In this document: one piece after another, positions 38,625-50,900 of the stretch
Position numbering within the stretch: position 1 is the stretch's first letter
Layout of the letters: each line of letters opens with the position of its first letter
Assembly: GCA_964016885.1 (NCBI GenBank)
Contig: OZ024752.1
Location: forward strand, 36,146,001 to 36,210,000
Direction: 5' to 3'
DNA: 64,000 bases
Source of the DNA: Eledone cirrhosa
Taxonomy: Eukaryota
Notes under the pieces: generated by a model
Database searches by the model: none
Seen by the model: the letters and a program-made list of their open reading frames with translations, nothing else
What the model was told of the DNA's origin: nothing
Position numbers and translations under genes: made by a program

Positions 38625-38820
38625 ATGTTTAATTGGATATCTGTTAGATTATGTCGGGTGTCACATCAACACTCTTCTAGACATTATTTACCAGTATCAG
38701 TCCGACTAAATATTGCAAATATAAACACGAGCAAGCTACATGTTTCGGCTAAGTGTCTTCAGAAAAAAGATCGCCTCTACCTCAGAGCAATTTATGAACA
38801 ACGGAAAGCTCAGTTAAAAG
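38625..38820 (+). CDS. NT5DC3: NT5DC coding exon 1 (presequence-like N-terminus)
   Basis: [17 protein letters not shown]...[13 protein letters not shown]; donor AAG|gtatgt; phase 1 fits exon 2. Confidence 0.78.
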
Positions 38821-38878
38821 GTATGTTTACAAATATTTAACAAATATTTCTTCTTAGCATTATCCTCCAGACTATATA

Positions 38879-38915
<37 letters not shown>

Positions 38916-41900
38916 TTATTAATTAAATTTCGATATGTTTTGTTATTTATACACAAATTGAAATGGTTTAAGGAATAACGGACATAACACAGAAAATAAT
39001 TACGAGAGTGTGCTGAAAAATTCATAGGCTGACTATGAAGGAGTGATTGATGCTAGAGCTGTGAAATCTTGCATGGCATGCATTAATGTCTCCAGTCTTA
39101 TTAATAACTGCATCGTTTCTTTCCAGGGACTCTGTTGGAAAAATAAACCTCATTTGGTCATTCCATGAGAGAATCTTGGTCAGCCAACCCTCGTATAATA
39201 ACCACCGTTGTTCAAACTTCTTGTATTATTATTTAGTAACATTTTGGTTTGGTTTAAATCGTTATTATGTTTTGTCAGAAAACTATATTACTATATAGTT
39301 TGTGGTAGTGGCTGGTAGTGGCTTTTTTTTAATTATTATTCAATTTTCGACTAATGTTAATGTTTTTTTAAAAATCAAATGTGATGGTTTAATTTAGCAT
39401 CCCCAACACATATTAATATAATAACCGTATAGAAATTACATATTCTTTACCGTCTTATTGAAAGGTCACTTTTAATACCAAGGACATTATAAACCCTTTT
39501 TTAACTCATCTTCGATAATCCTTTTGTGGGAATTTTATCCTTTAAAATATTCTGTGGTTTCTGAAATCAGAAATCATTTCGATTAAATAATATATTTTAT
39601 ATATATATATATTCTGTTCAATTTGACTATTATGTATGATATTTTTTTCACATCCATCAAGCGATGTTCTCGAGAAGCACTTTAACTACGTTTGTTCATA
39701 GCTAATTAAGAATTGATTATATTTATTATTTACGTTCGATTTTAACTGAAACATTCTCAATGATTCGTTTGAATAATCATTATCGTTTTCTACATAGGCT
39801 AGGCACAAAACCTGATATTTTAAAGTGAGTTATGAAATAAAACTTCTTTCTCAAGTGGGGTGAAACAGTTTTAACCCAGAATCGAAATTACAAGGGCAGA
39901 TGCGGTTTACCGGGGTACTTTTTTTTTTTTTTTTTTTTTTGAGAAGGGCCTCAAATTTCACGAAACGATGGGGTAGTTTATTGTACACCAGGAAAAATAA
40001 TTGAATAAAAGTGAATAACAGCTATATTGAAAACGAAAAAGCCTATCCAATAGAAATTAATCGTTTCTATATATTATTTTCTAACACTATGTCCTTTATA
40101 ACAGAAAGAAGTACCCCGGTAAACCGCATCTGCTCTTGTAATTTCGATTCTGGGTTAAAACTGTTTCCCCCACTTGAGAAAGAAGTTTTATTTCATAACT
40201 CACTTTAAAATATCAGGTTTTGTGCCTAGTCTATGTAGAAAATGATAATTGTTTCTACTTTAGGCACAAGGCCAGCAATTACCCAGTGCATAAAGTACCA
40301 GTGTGCCTAAAGTAGAAACAATTATCGTTTTCTACATAGGCTAGGCACAAAACCTGATATTTTAAAGTGAGTTGTGAAATAAAACTTCTTTCTCAAGTGG
40401 GGTGAAACAGTTTTAACCCAGAATCGAAATTACAAGGGCAGATGCGGTTTACCGGGGTACTTCTTTCTGTTATAAAGGACATAGTGTTAGAAAATAATTT
40501 ATAGAAACGATTAATTTCTATTAGATAGGCTTTTTCGTTTTCAATATAGCTGTTATTTACTTTTATTCAATTATTTTTCCTGGTGTACAATAAACTACCC
40601 CATCGTTTCGTGAAATTTGAGGCCCTTCTCAAAAAAAAAAAAAAAAAATCGGTTAAAAAAAATATATATGGTTATTTTTTATATTAATGATAAAGAATAA
40701 TTTATATATATGTATGTGTATGTGTGTGCATGTTAGGTGTGTAACAACAGTTACAGGCGACTAAGCTCGCATATCTGACGAGATGTCGAAAAAGAGTCTG
40801 GCTCCGTCACCTTGATTGTAACCCGAGCTGATCGATATAGAAACAATTGTAATATGCAAATAAACTTTCTACATATGCTACAACACTGACTTCGACTCTT
40901 TTAGCATCTGAAAAGAAGGTAATAACTCTGAAATATGCTAAAATATCATACACTGGGTAAAATGTTACTTTGTTTTGTTTGTTTGTCATCCCCACTCCAT
41001 ACACACGCACACATGTATATCATGACTCAAACACTGTTCACTTTCCTGACATTTGTACATTATTCTATGTACTATACATGCACCTTTGATGAGTTGTAGT
41101 GCACCTGAGCACTGTACACAATAAGAGAAGGCTACGTTGGTATGGTCATGTGATGCGCATGAAAGACGACAGCTGTATAACAAAGTGCAGGGCAATAAAG
41201 ATAGACAGTAGCCACGGAGTGGGCAGACACAGAAAAACCTGGGACGAGCTGATAAATTCCGACCTCACACACTTACACCTCTCCAAGACAATGTCACTGG
41301 ACCGAGACCTTTGGCGGTACTCAGTAATAGAGAAGACCCGCCTTACCTAAATACAAAGTAAAACCTACTACAGTCAGTAACAAAATACACCACCGTCCCA
41401 CCACCCCCACCCCATCCACACCGCCCCTTTCAATGTAAAGTTATGTTGGTGCCACAACATCCAGCAGGCCGAAACAAATGAGATCGTGTAGGTGTCACGA
41501 CAAAAAACACACAGTCCACGCTGTAATGTGGCCGTGTAGGCAACACGGTAAAAACCTCCCAGCCCCACACTGTAAATGTGGTTGGTGTTAGGAAGGGCAT
41601 CCAGCCGTAGAAAACCCGCCAGACAGTCCTATGCGAGCAATGACAACCACTCTTGCTTCAAGTGGGAAAACTCCCGTCCAAACCCATGCAAGCGTGGAAC
41701 ATGGATGTTAAACGATGATGATGATCATCATTTGCCCTTCATATTTTTCTACCACATTATACCGGCTTTAAAAAAAAAATGATGATCTTTCACTACATAT
41801 TGCTTTGTATTAATTACACTTCTTTTTTTTAGTTTAACTGTTTTCTATTTTTTTTTTTATCCTTGATATTTTAGAATATGATCTTCCTGCTAATGTCAAT

Positions 41901-44900
41901 AGAAAAGCAATCTTTGCCAATAATGAAGTACAGCTGGAGAAAATTGAAGTCTATGGGTTTGACTATGACTACACATTGGCATCTTATACACCAGAATTAC
42001 ACGACCTCATCTATGATTTGGGCAGAGATTCATTGGTCTATAATAGTAAGGTAACACAGTTTATGATGATGACGATGAAAGATTTGGAATCAATACTTTT
42101 TTTGTTTATGTTAATGTTTTTCTCCATTTAAATACTATCTCTCTCGTTTTTTTTTGGATATTATAGATATTTTAGAAAGTTTATTTTTATAAAATAAATA
42201 AGTTATGGATTGTTTAACCTCAGGTCCTTCCTGATTATACAGATCTATAATCATCATTGTTTATTGTCCATTTTTCATGCTAGCATGAATAAGACATGCT
42301 GTGCTGTTGTGGGACATCCAAGGCAGAGGACCGTGTTTTGCCCTGAAAGAGTGAACTATAGATTTTATTTAATTTCAGTATCCTGAAGGTCTGCGGCAAA
42401 TGAAATATGATCCCAACTTCGCAGTCCGAGGACTCCACTATGATGTTCGAAAAGTAAGTACCTCTCATGTAGTTTTTAAAAGTAGAATATCATTCATTAT
42501 TAGTCTTGCTAAACCCTTTAGCATTTACATTACTCTATATATACTATTGTATTTTTGCGGTAAAGGCTTTATCTCACATAATATCTTTAAAATGTTTGAC
42601 ACTGTGGTTGTATCTCTCAATAAAACATGTTTAAAATTGTTTCATATTTCTAAAGAAATACGAAATTTCTATACATACCTGTATACAGCTATGCCTGGAG
42701 CTAAATCCTAATTCTATTCTATTATAAGTTGAGCCAACTTATGCAGCTTCATATGCAAATGAGATTAATCACCTCATTTACACAGACGAGAAAACTATAT
42801 ATTCTTGACTGTTTTCAAGTCCAGCATTTGCAAGTGTGGAAGGGATCATTCTGATGAGGGCTAGTTAAGTCCAAAATGCATCGACGATTGTCCTCCTTGC
42901 TTCTGCTGGACACCACCAGAGGGCATTAGCCCCAGTGTATTTTGCATAACTACCGCTTCCTAAATGTTTACCTGTAAACATACCGTGTTTCTTTAGAAAT
43001 AGGAAATTTCTATACATATGTTTAAAATTCTTTATTTATTTTTTTTATCACATTTTAATTTTCAGGGTCTCTTAATGAAAATCGATTCTTTCCACCATAT
43101 TATGTTGGGAACAGTCTATAGGTATGTTATATATTTTCATTTACTGTAGCTTTAATCAGCACGGTATCCTAAGGGTAATGGGGTTGGATTTACAATCATA
43201 ATGTTGTTGGTTCGATTCCTGGGCTGAATTGTGTGCCGTGTTCTTGACCAAAACACTTCATTTCATTTTTCTCCAGTATACTCAGCTGAAAATGAATACC
43301 AGCAATACCTGGGTGGGGTTTAACTCTGCAATGGACTGGCATCCTGTCCTGGGGGAGGTCTTGTACTCTTAGTCGCTTCATGCCACGAAACTGGTGTAAA
43401 CACTGGCCTGATGACCCTTCTGTCTTGAAACAGTCTTTAGTAGCTTTAATTGTTTTCATTTGCTTTTAAATATGTCATGCTTTTACAAGTTAAATTTTTG
43501 AGGGATGAGTTGTTGTTGATAAGATTATAATGCATTGCCTAGTTGATGGTCTACAAACATTTTGCTTTGGTGTGTGTGTGTATATATTATTAAGTGTTTC
43601 CGTAGGAAAGGAGAGTGCTCTATGTAAGCTACAGAGCTATTTAGTTATATATATATATAGTGACGAAACATAAGTCAATTGTATGAACTCATAATCCTTT
43701 ATTTACTGCTATATATATTTCGATGATAGCCATTGAGTGGCTATGACCTCATCAGGCAGTTAGTCAGTTCTTAGATATGCCAGCTCTGTGTTTATGGTGT
43801 TGATTGTATCAGACATATATATATATATATAACGAAGGAAGTGTGGTAAGGAACCAGATGGACCATAACGCACCAGAGTACTCAATACTTAGGGTAGTAG
43901 AGTGGGTAATAGGAAAATGTTAAACATTTTCCTATATATGGACCAATAGAGAGTATTAGCAATTGGAAAGACCAATGGAAACATTGTTTCCTCGGTCCAA
44001 TTTGACGAAAAGTCGATCAACTGTCGATATTGTGCCAAGAGTTTCCGAAGAATAGATCAAGAGAAAAAAGTGTTGTATGTAATGTACAGAGCCAAAATAT
44101 ATTATATGGATAAGATCTCAACACAAATACATGCTACCTAAGGTTTCAAATTTCAACCAGCATAAGACATAGACATTCTATATCTGCTCATTTAGTTATC
44201 TTCAGGCAAAACCCATGTCATCGGTAATGTGTTCTATGCTTAATTGATGCTGTTGTTGTTCACCTAAGCTCAGCCATTATCCAGTAGATCTATGGTGAAA
44301 TTCAAACAACTTGTGATTGTTGTATAATTTTTAATGCATAGTAAAATCCAGTACCAAAGCACTTGCATGAGAAATGAGGTGGGGGTCTTCTGTGAAGACT
44401 TGCTGTCTGGCTCTTCTGAGAGTTTTCTACCACTGTAATATCTCCTACCCTTTTTTTTTCTTTAAGACAAGAGAGTGTGATATTTGCAATACACAGGGTC
44501 TCTTCTCTGAAGACCTTCTGCTGTCTGGCTCTTCTGAGAGTTTTCTACCACTGTAATATTTCCTACCCTTTTTTTCTTTAAGACAAGAGAGTGTGATATT
44601 TGCAATACACAGGGTCTCTTCTCTGAAGACCTTCCGCTGTCTGGCTCTTCTGAGAGTTTTCTACCACTGTAATATCTCCTAGCCTTTTTTTCCTTTAAGA
44701 CAAGAGAGTGTGATATTTGCAATACACAGGGTCTCTTCTCTGAAGACCTTCTGCTGTCTGGCTCTTCTGAGAGTTCCCTACCACTGTAATATCTCCTAGC
44801 CTTTTTTTTTCTTTAAGAAAGGAGAGTGTGATATGAAGGAACTGCTGTTTCTAACTGGTTAAGCAACCAACTAGTTAAAATCTGGTTGCTTAACCAGTAT

Positions 44901-47900
44901 GGTTAAGCAACCAGATTTTTTAAGTTGTTGTTGTTGTTATTGTTGGTAATGCTGTTGATGTTGTTAGTCCTATTTAAATAAATAATCTGTTATGGTAATA
45001 TTCTATTTAACAGAGGTCTGAAGCCAGTTGTTGATGAGGAGGTTAAAGAGTTATATGATGGCACACATGTACCTCTTGAGAGTATGAATACTTTCTATGG
45101 AACTGTAAGTTATTCAGATAAAACTATCATTTCAACAAGCATTTTAAGGTCATCACCCTTTCTAAAACAGGGGTTACCCCTTTAGTATTTACATTACTCT
45201 ATATATACCATTGTATTTTCGCAGTAAAGGCTTTATCTCACATAATTATCCCACATAATATTGAATCTATGAGATTTTGATATTATTTATTTTGAGAACA
45301 ATACCTTAACATCAGTATGAGTGGCCAGTTACGGCTGGTTTGAGCAGAAAGAGGTGAGAGAATTCTGGCTGGATACTGCCAGCTAATATGCTAAAGGCCC
45401 CATAAAAGGCTTCACCAATTTGCCCCCTTCCCTATCATTTGCATCCCCACTTCACCAATCCCCTAGCACTTATTTCTTCTTTCATTGTCTTTAATCATAT
45501 TTGGAAAGTTCTTCTTCAAGACACAATCCTTGGCAGTTGCCTATGGATGCAACTTTTCCCTTTCTATATCAACACCAGCTCTGAATTATCAACCAGCCTA
45601 TACCTAATCTAATCTAATCGGGCCGAGTTTACACTCGCAAATAAGAAGAACCAGGGCTGCTGAATACAATCAGGAGTCACTGCTTCTCCTGAAGGTCAAT
45701 AGTTCTCTTCTAACCCGAGCGGGAGCGACTTTGCATTGACCATCTGCAAAGCCACATTGTTCTCAGAACCACTACACCAGTCTTTCGATGCGTGCAACTG
45801 GAACTACTACCACCCATTGAGTTGGCAGGATTTTTTTTTCTTTTTTTTAGATGGCCGTTGACTCTTATGAGTTCTTCCGCCCTTTGTCAGGTTTTGTTTT
45901 TTGTCCTGCAGGGTGTCCAAAATCACCCTCCTCACCAAGTAAACTTGGTGGGGTTGCCGGTGACCCGACCATGCGACAGGTTGTACTGGGTTACATGCTA
46001 CCAGTAGCAGTCAAGAATGACCTATACCAATCATTACATTTGTTTCCCTTCCACTAATACAGTGGTTCCCAAACAGTGCAGTGCACCTCATAGGTGCAGC
46101 GGAAGAAGATAGCAGGTGAGGCAGAATGATTGAAAGACAATCAAAGATTTAGAAACAGTTTCAAAGAATTCATTTGCCAAAAATAAATATGATTTCAAAA
46201 TTTCAAATATTATTATGGATTTCTTGTAATTGCAGGCATGAGTCCCGGTATAAATATTTTCTTTAGACTTTATAACAAATATCCTAAATATGTTTTTTTT
46301 TTTTTTTTTGTTATCAGGGTTTAATGCACCAGCTCATGGATTTGTTTGCCCTTCCAGAAATTACTCTGTTAGCAAATGTTACTGAGGTAAAAATTACTCT
46401 GTTATCAATTACTCTGTAAAAAATTGTTACTGAGGTAAAAAAAGCTGTTCTATTGCTGAATAATATATTATTATCTTGTTTATCCCTTTAGCATTTACAT
46501 TACTCTAAATATACTATTATATTTTTGTGACAAAGGCTTTATCCGACATGATTATTTTACATAATATTGAATCTACGAGATTTATTTTGAGAACAATACC
46601 TTAATGTCAGTATGAGCAGCCAGTTACAGCTGGTTTGAACGGAAAGAGGTGAGAGAATTCTGGCCGGATACAGCTGGTTTAAATTCTAAATTTCCATTAT
46701 CAATTAGTTCCATATGCTAAAAAACAGTTTGTTTCAAATCAAATTAATTTAACCTTCAGCATACTCTAGGCACATTATGTCCCCAATAGAGTAATCTCCC
46801 CTTAATACATAATGCAGTGTCAAGGGAAGCAATTCCCCAAAATTTCTAGTGTGTTATAGGTTAATAAAGTTTTACTTGTCTTTGACACATTATAAGAAAA
46901 CAAAGTTGTCAACAGGTTACAGTAAGATGTGATTACTTTATAGCAGATGCAGGCAGTTAGGTCTGAAGGTAGTACCGGTAGAGCATCAGACACCATGCTT
47001 TGCAAACATAGAGGTATGGCTTAAAATAAATAATTTTTTTTTAACCCTTTAGCATTCACATTACTCTATATATACTATTATATTTTCATGGTAAAGGCTT
47101 TATCTCACATAATTATCTCACATAATATTGAATCTATGAAATTTTGAAAGTATTTATTTTGAGAACAATACCTTAACATCAGTTTGAGTGACCAGTTACA
47201 GCCAGTTTCAACAGAAATAGGTAGAGAATTCTGGCCGGTTTGAACATTAAAGGGTTAAATGTCTTTCATTTTAGTTGGAATTTTCTCATTTTAGAAAATA
47301 TTCTAATTTTTTGTTCTCTTTTTTTTTTTTAGTACTTCATTCATAATAGTATTCCTTTTGACCCAGAATATGTCTTTCATGATGTCAGAGTAAGTACTTT
47401 TAAATATATCTTTGCATGCATGTTTGTATGGTTTCATAACTCCCGAGGGAGTTATAGGGGCGCCGTATTGACGTACAGTGTTTGTAGGGCATTTTAAAAA
47501 AAACCCTGCTGGAGCCCATCTCCTCTCTATGTCTGAATACAGCAGATTTCTTCCAGAGAAGGATAGAGAGAGAGTGAGGGAGAGAGAGAGAGAGAATGGA
47601 GGTGAGAAAGATATATAGAGGAAGAATCGACTCCAGAGCCAATTTGTGGGGCCTGCGGCAGGTCAGTTTTTTTTTGGGGGGGGGGGGGTCTAGAGGGAAC
47701 CCTGTTTGACAAGAGGTACCCAGGGCTTTTGCCTCACAATAAACCTAGCCCTACCCACAGATCTAGACTTCTGCACCGGCCAATTTGTGGGGCCTGGGGC
47801 AGGTCAGTTTTTGGGGGTTTTTTTTTGAGGGGGCAGGGGTTCTAGAGGGAACCTTGTTTGACAAGAGGTGCCCAGGGCATTTGCCCCATGATAAACCCAG

Positions 47901-50900
47901 CCCTACCCACAGATCTAGACTTCTGCACCGGCCAATTTGTGGGGCCTGGGGCAGGTCAGTTTTTTGAGGGGGCAGGGGTTCTAGAGGGAACCTTGTTTGA
48001 CAAGAGGTACCCAGGGCTTTTGCCTCACAATAAACCTAGCCCTACCCACAGATCTAGACTTCTGCACCGGCCAATTTGTGGGGCCTGGGGCAGGTCAGTT
48101 TTTTTGGGTTTTTTTTGAGGGGGCAGGGGTTCTAGAGGGAACCTTGTTTGACAAGAGGTGCCCAGGGCATTTGCCCCATGATAAACCCAGCCCTACCCAC
48201 AGATCTAGACTTCTGCACCGGCCAATTTGTGGGGCCTGGGGCAGGTCAGTTTTTTGAGGGGGCAGGGGTTCTAGAGGGAACCTTGTTTGACAAGAGGTGC
48301 CCAGGGCATTTTCCCCCTTTTGCCCCACGATAAACCCAGCCCTACCCACAGATCTAGACTTCTGCACCAACTACATTACAAAGATATCAAAACAAATTCC
48401 TGATAATACTCTTTTCTAACCGTTTGTCCTCTGGTGGGTGTTTCTGGTGCAAAACACCTTACTAGTTGAAGAAAGCAGTCAGCATTATCTTGATTTTGTT
48501 CTGTACCTGATGTGTTTTTGTTGAGAGGGAGGGGGGTGGGCTCAGCAACATTTGATACTTCCACTGTGATGACTGAGCTTTGGTTGGTAGTGTGAGGTTC
48601 AACCAGGGTTTCATCCTTATTTAGGCATTACTAAAAGTAATCTTGCCTTTGTTTGTATGTTTGAGTTTGCCCTTTGTTACAATGTACTGTTTGTTACTGA
48701 AACTGATATTTGGTTCTTCTTTTCTAGTCTGCTGTACAAGACATTCACTTATCTGGTCAGTTACATCAAGAAATCATGTCTAATATCGGTAAGTGTCCTT
48801 CTATTCATGACAGATGGTATGGCATGGTCCCGTAATTCTTGAGGGTATTGTATGTATGGTCCTATAGCTCTTGATAGAATTGTAGGGATGCCATACAGCA
48901 TTTCTTTGGCATTTTAGCCTAACGGAGCCCATCCCTCTCCAGGTCTGAGTCCAGCAGATTTCATCCAGAGAAAGATAGAAAGAGATATCGAAGAAGAATC
49001 AACCCCAGTACTAGACTGGTACTTTTTTTTATCGACCTCGAAAGGATGAAAGGCAAAGTTGACCTTGGCAGGATTTGAACTCCTAGAGTAGAGAACCAGA
49101 ACGAATACCATAAAGCATTCTATCCGATGTTCTAACAACTCTGCCATTTTTCTGCTTACGAGGGAGTTTTAGGGGTGCCATATTGACATAAGGCATGATA
49201 TCTTGGCCATGTGACTTCTACAATGCTTTGTACATGAAGTTGGTAGATGGAGTTTGTGTAGAAGCCTATCTTATATATATAAATGTGTGTATGTCTGTTT
49301 GTTTTCATGACACTGTTTAAGCAAGCTGTTTGTTTATGTTCCACAAAAATCAGTGGAATAAGGACCTTCTTCTTTGCCCACTTATTCCTGAGAGGATGGG
49401 GGGGGGGGCACAGAGTCCTCAAACACTCCCTCCAGCGGGTTCTGTCAGAAGCAACTGTCTCCAACTGATCTGGCTTGATCCCAGGCAGGACCAGCCAAGC
49501 TCATGGATATTATCCAACCATCTTGCTCGGTGTCTACCCCTGGGTCTCTAGCCAGTTGGTTTTGCCCATACTTATTGCCAATTAATGAATTTTGTATTTT
49601 TTTCCAACTTTAGGGAAATACTTACTTAAAGGACCTGAAGTGTTGATGTTGCTACAAAGATTGACAGAAGCTAAAAAAAAATTATTTCTTATTACAAACA
49701 GTGGCTTTCCTTTTGTGTGAGTTCTTTTTTTATTTTTATATTTTAACCCTTTCATTACCATATTTCAAATAAAATACACTACCTATTATTTTTAAATGAT
49801 TTTCAAAATAATCAAGAATTCTGAGTGATTTATTAATATAACAAACTTTTTCATTATTTTAACTGGTATTCGAAACATAATTTAACAAAGGGTCTTACAT
49901 AAAATTGTGATATAAGATTTTTAGATAAATATAAACATTTAAAACTAAACTTTTTAGTTTGATGTCAAAACAGTTGATTTAATCAACTTAATTCAAAACT
50001 CTACATTTTCTTTGTAACTTTCTTGTTTTTGCTTCATTACACCTAAACATTTCTTTGTAGAGATGCTGGCATGCGATATATTGTTGGTCCTGATTGGCAA
50101 AGCCTTTTTGATGTTGTTATCACCAATGCAAGGAAACCAAAGTTCTTTAATGAAGCAACGAGGTAAGATTTCCTCAGTGTAATTAATTACATTCTATAAT
50201 TGGTTTGGTTTGTGGGGGGGGGGGGGGTCCTTCCTAATGCCAACCACCTTACAGGGTGTATATTTTGTGACACCAGCACTATTATTTAGAGAGTGGACTG
50301 GCCAAAATATCTCCATATGAAATGTAGCCTCCTAGGAAACTGACCAAGACTACAAGGCGTAAGTTGTAACAAACAAACAAAACTTATAAAATATTTGGAG
50401 TGGGAAGGGAACAGCCTAGGAATTGAGTTGTAGCAACCCTCAAATATAGTACATCAGATTTATATACATATTGTCATTTTGGTGACAAGCAAAATACCAC
50501 ATTATTCTTAACCTTTTATTTATTAATTATATATACATAAATATATATGTATATGTATCTCAGACTACCAACACTATCTGACTGTCTGTATTATTAGTCA
50601 ACACTATCAGGCTCAACTGAAGAATAGCTCAACTCTGTCCAGCTTGGTTTGGTTTAGCTTAGCTCTGTCCAGCTCAGCTTGCCTTAGCTCAACTCTGTCC
50701 AGCTCGCCTTAGCTCAACTCTGTCCAGCTCAGCTTGGCTCTAGGATTGGATCTTGGATCCAGCATCAGATCTGATATCTGTATTATTAGTCAGCACTATC
50801 AAACTGCCTGTATTATCGGATCTGATCCAGCATCGGATCTAATGTCTGTATTATTAGTCAATACTATTAGATTGCCTGTATTATCTGATCTGATCTGGGA

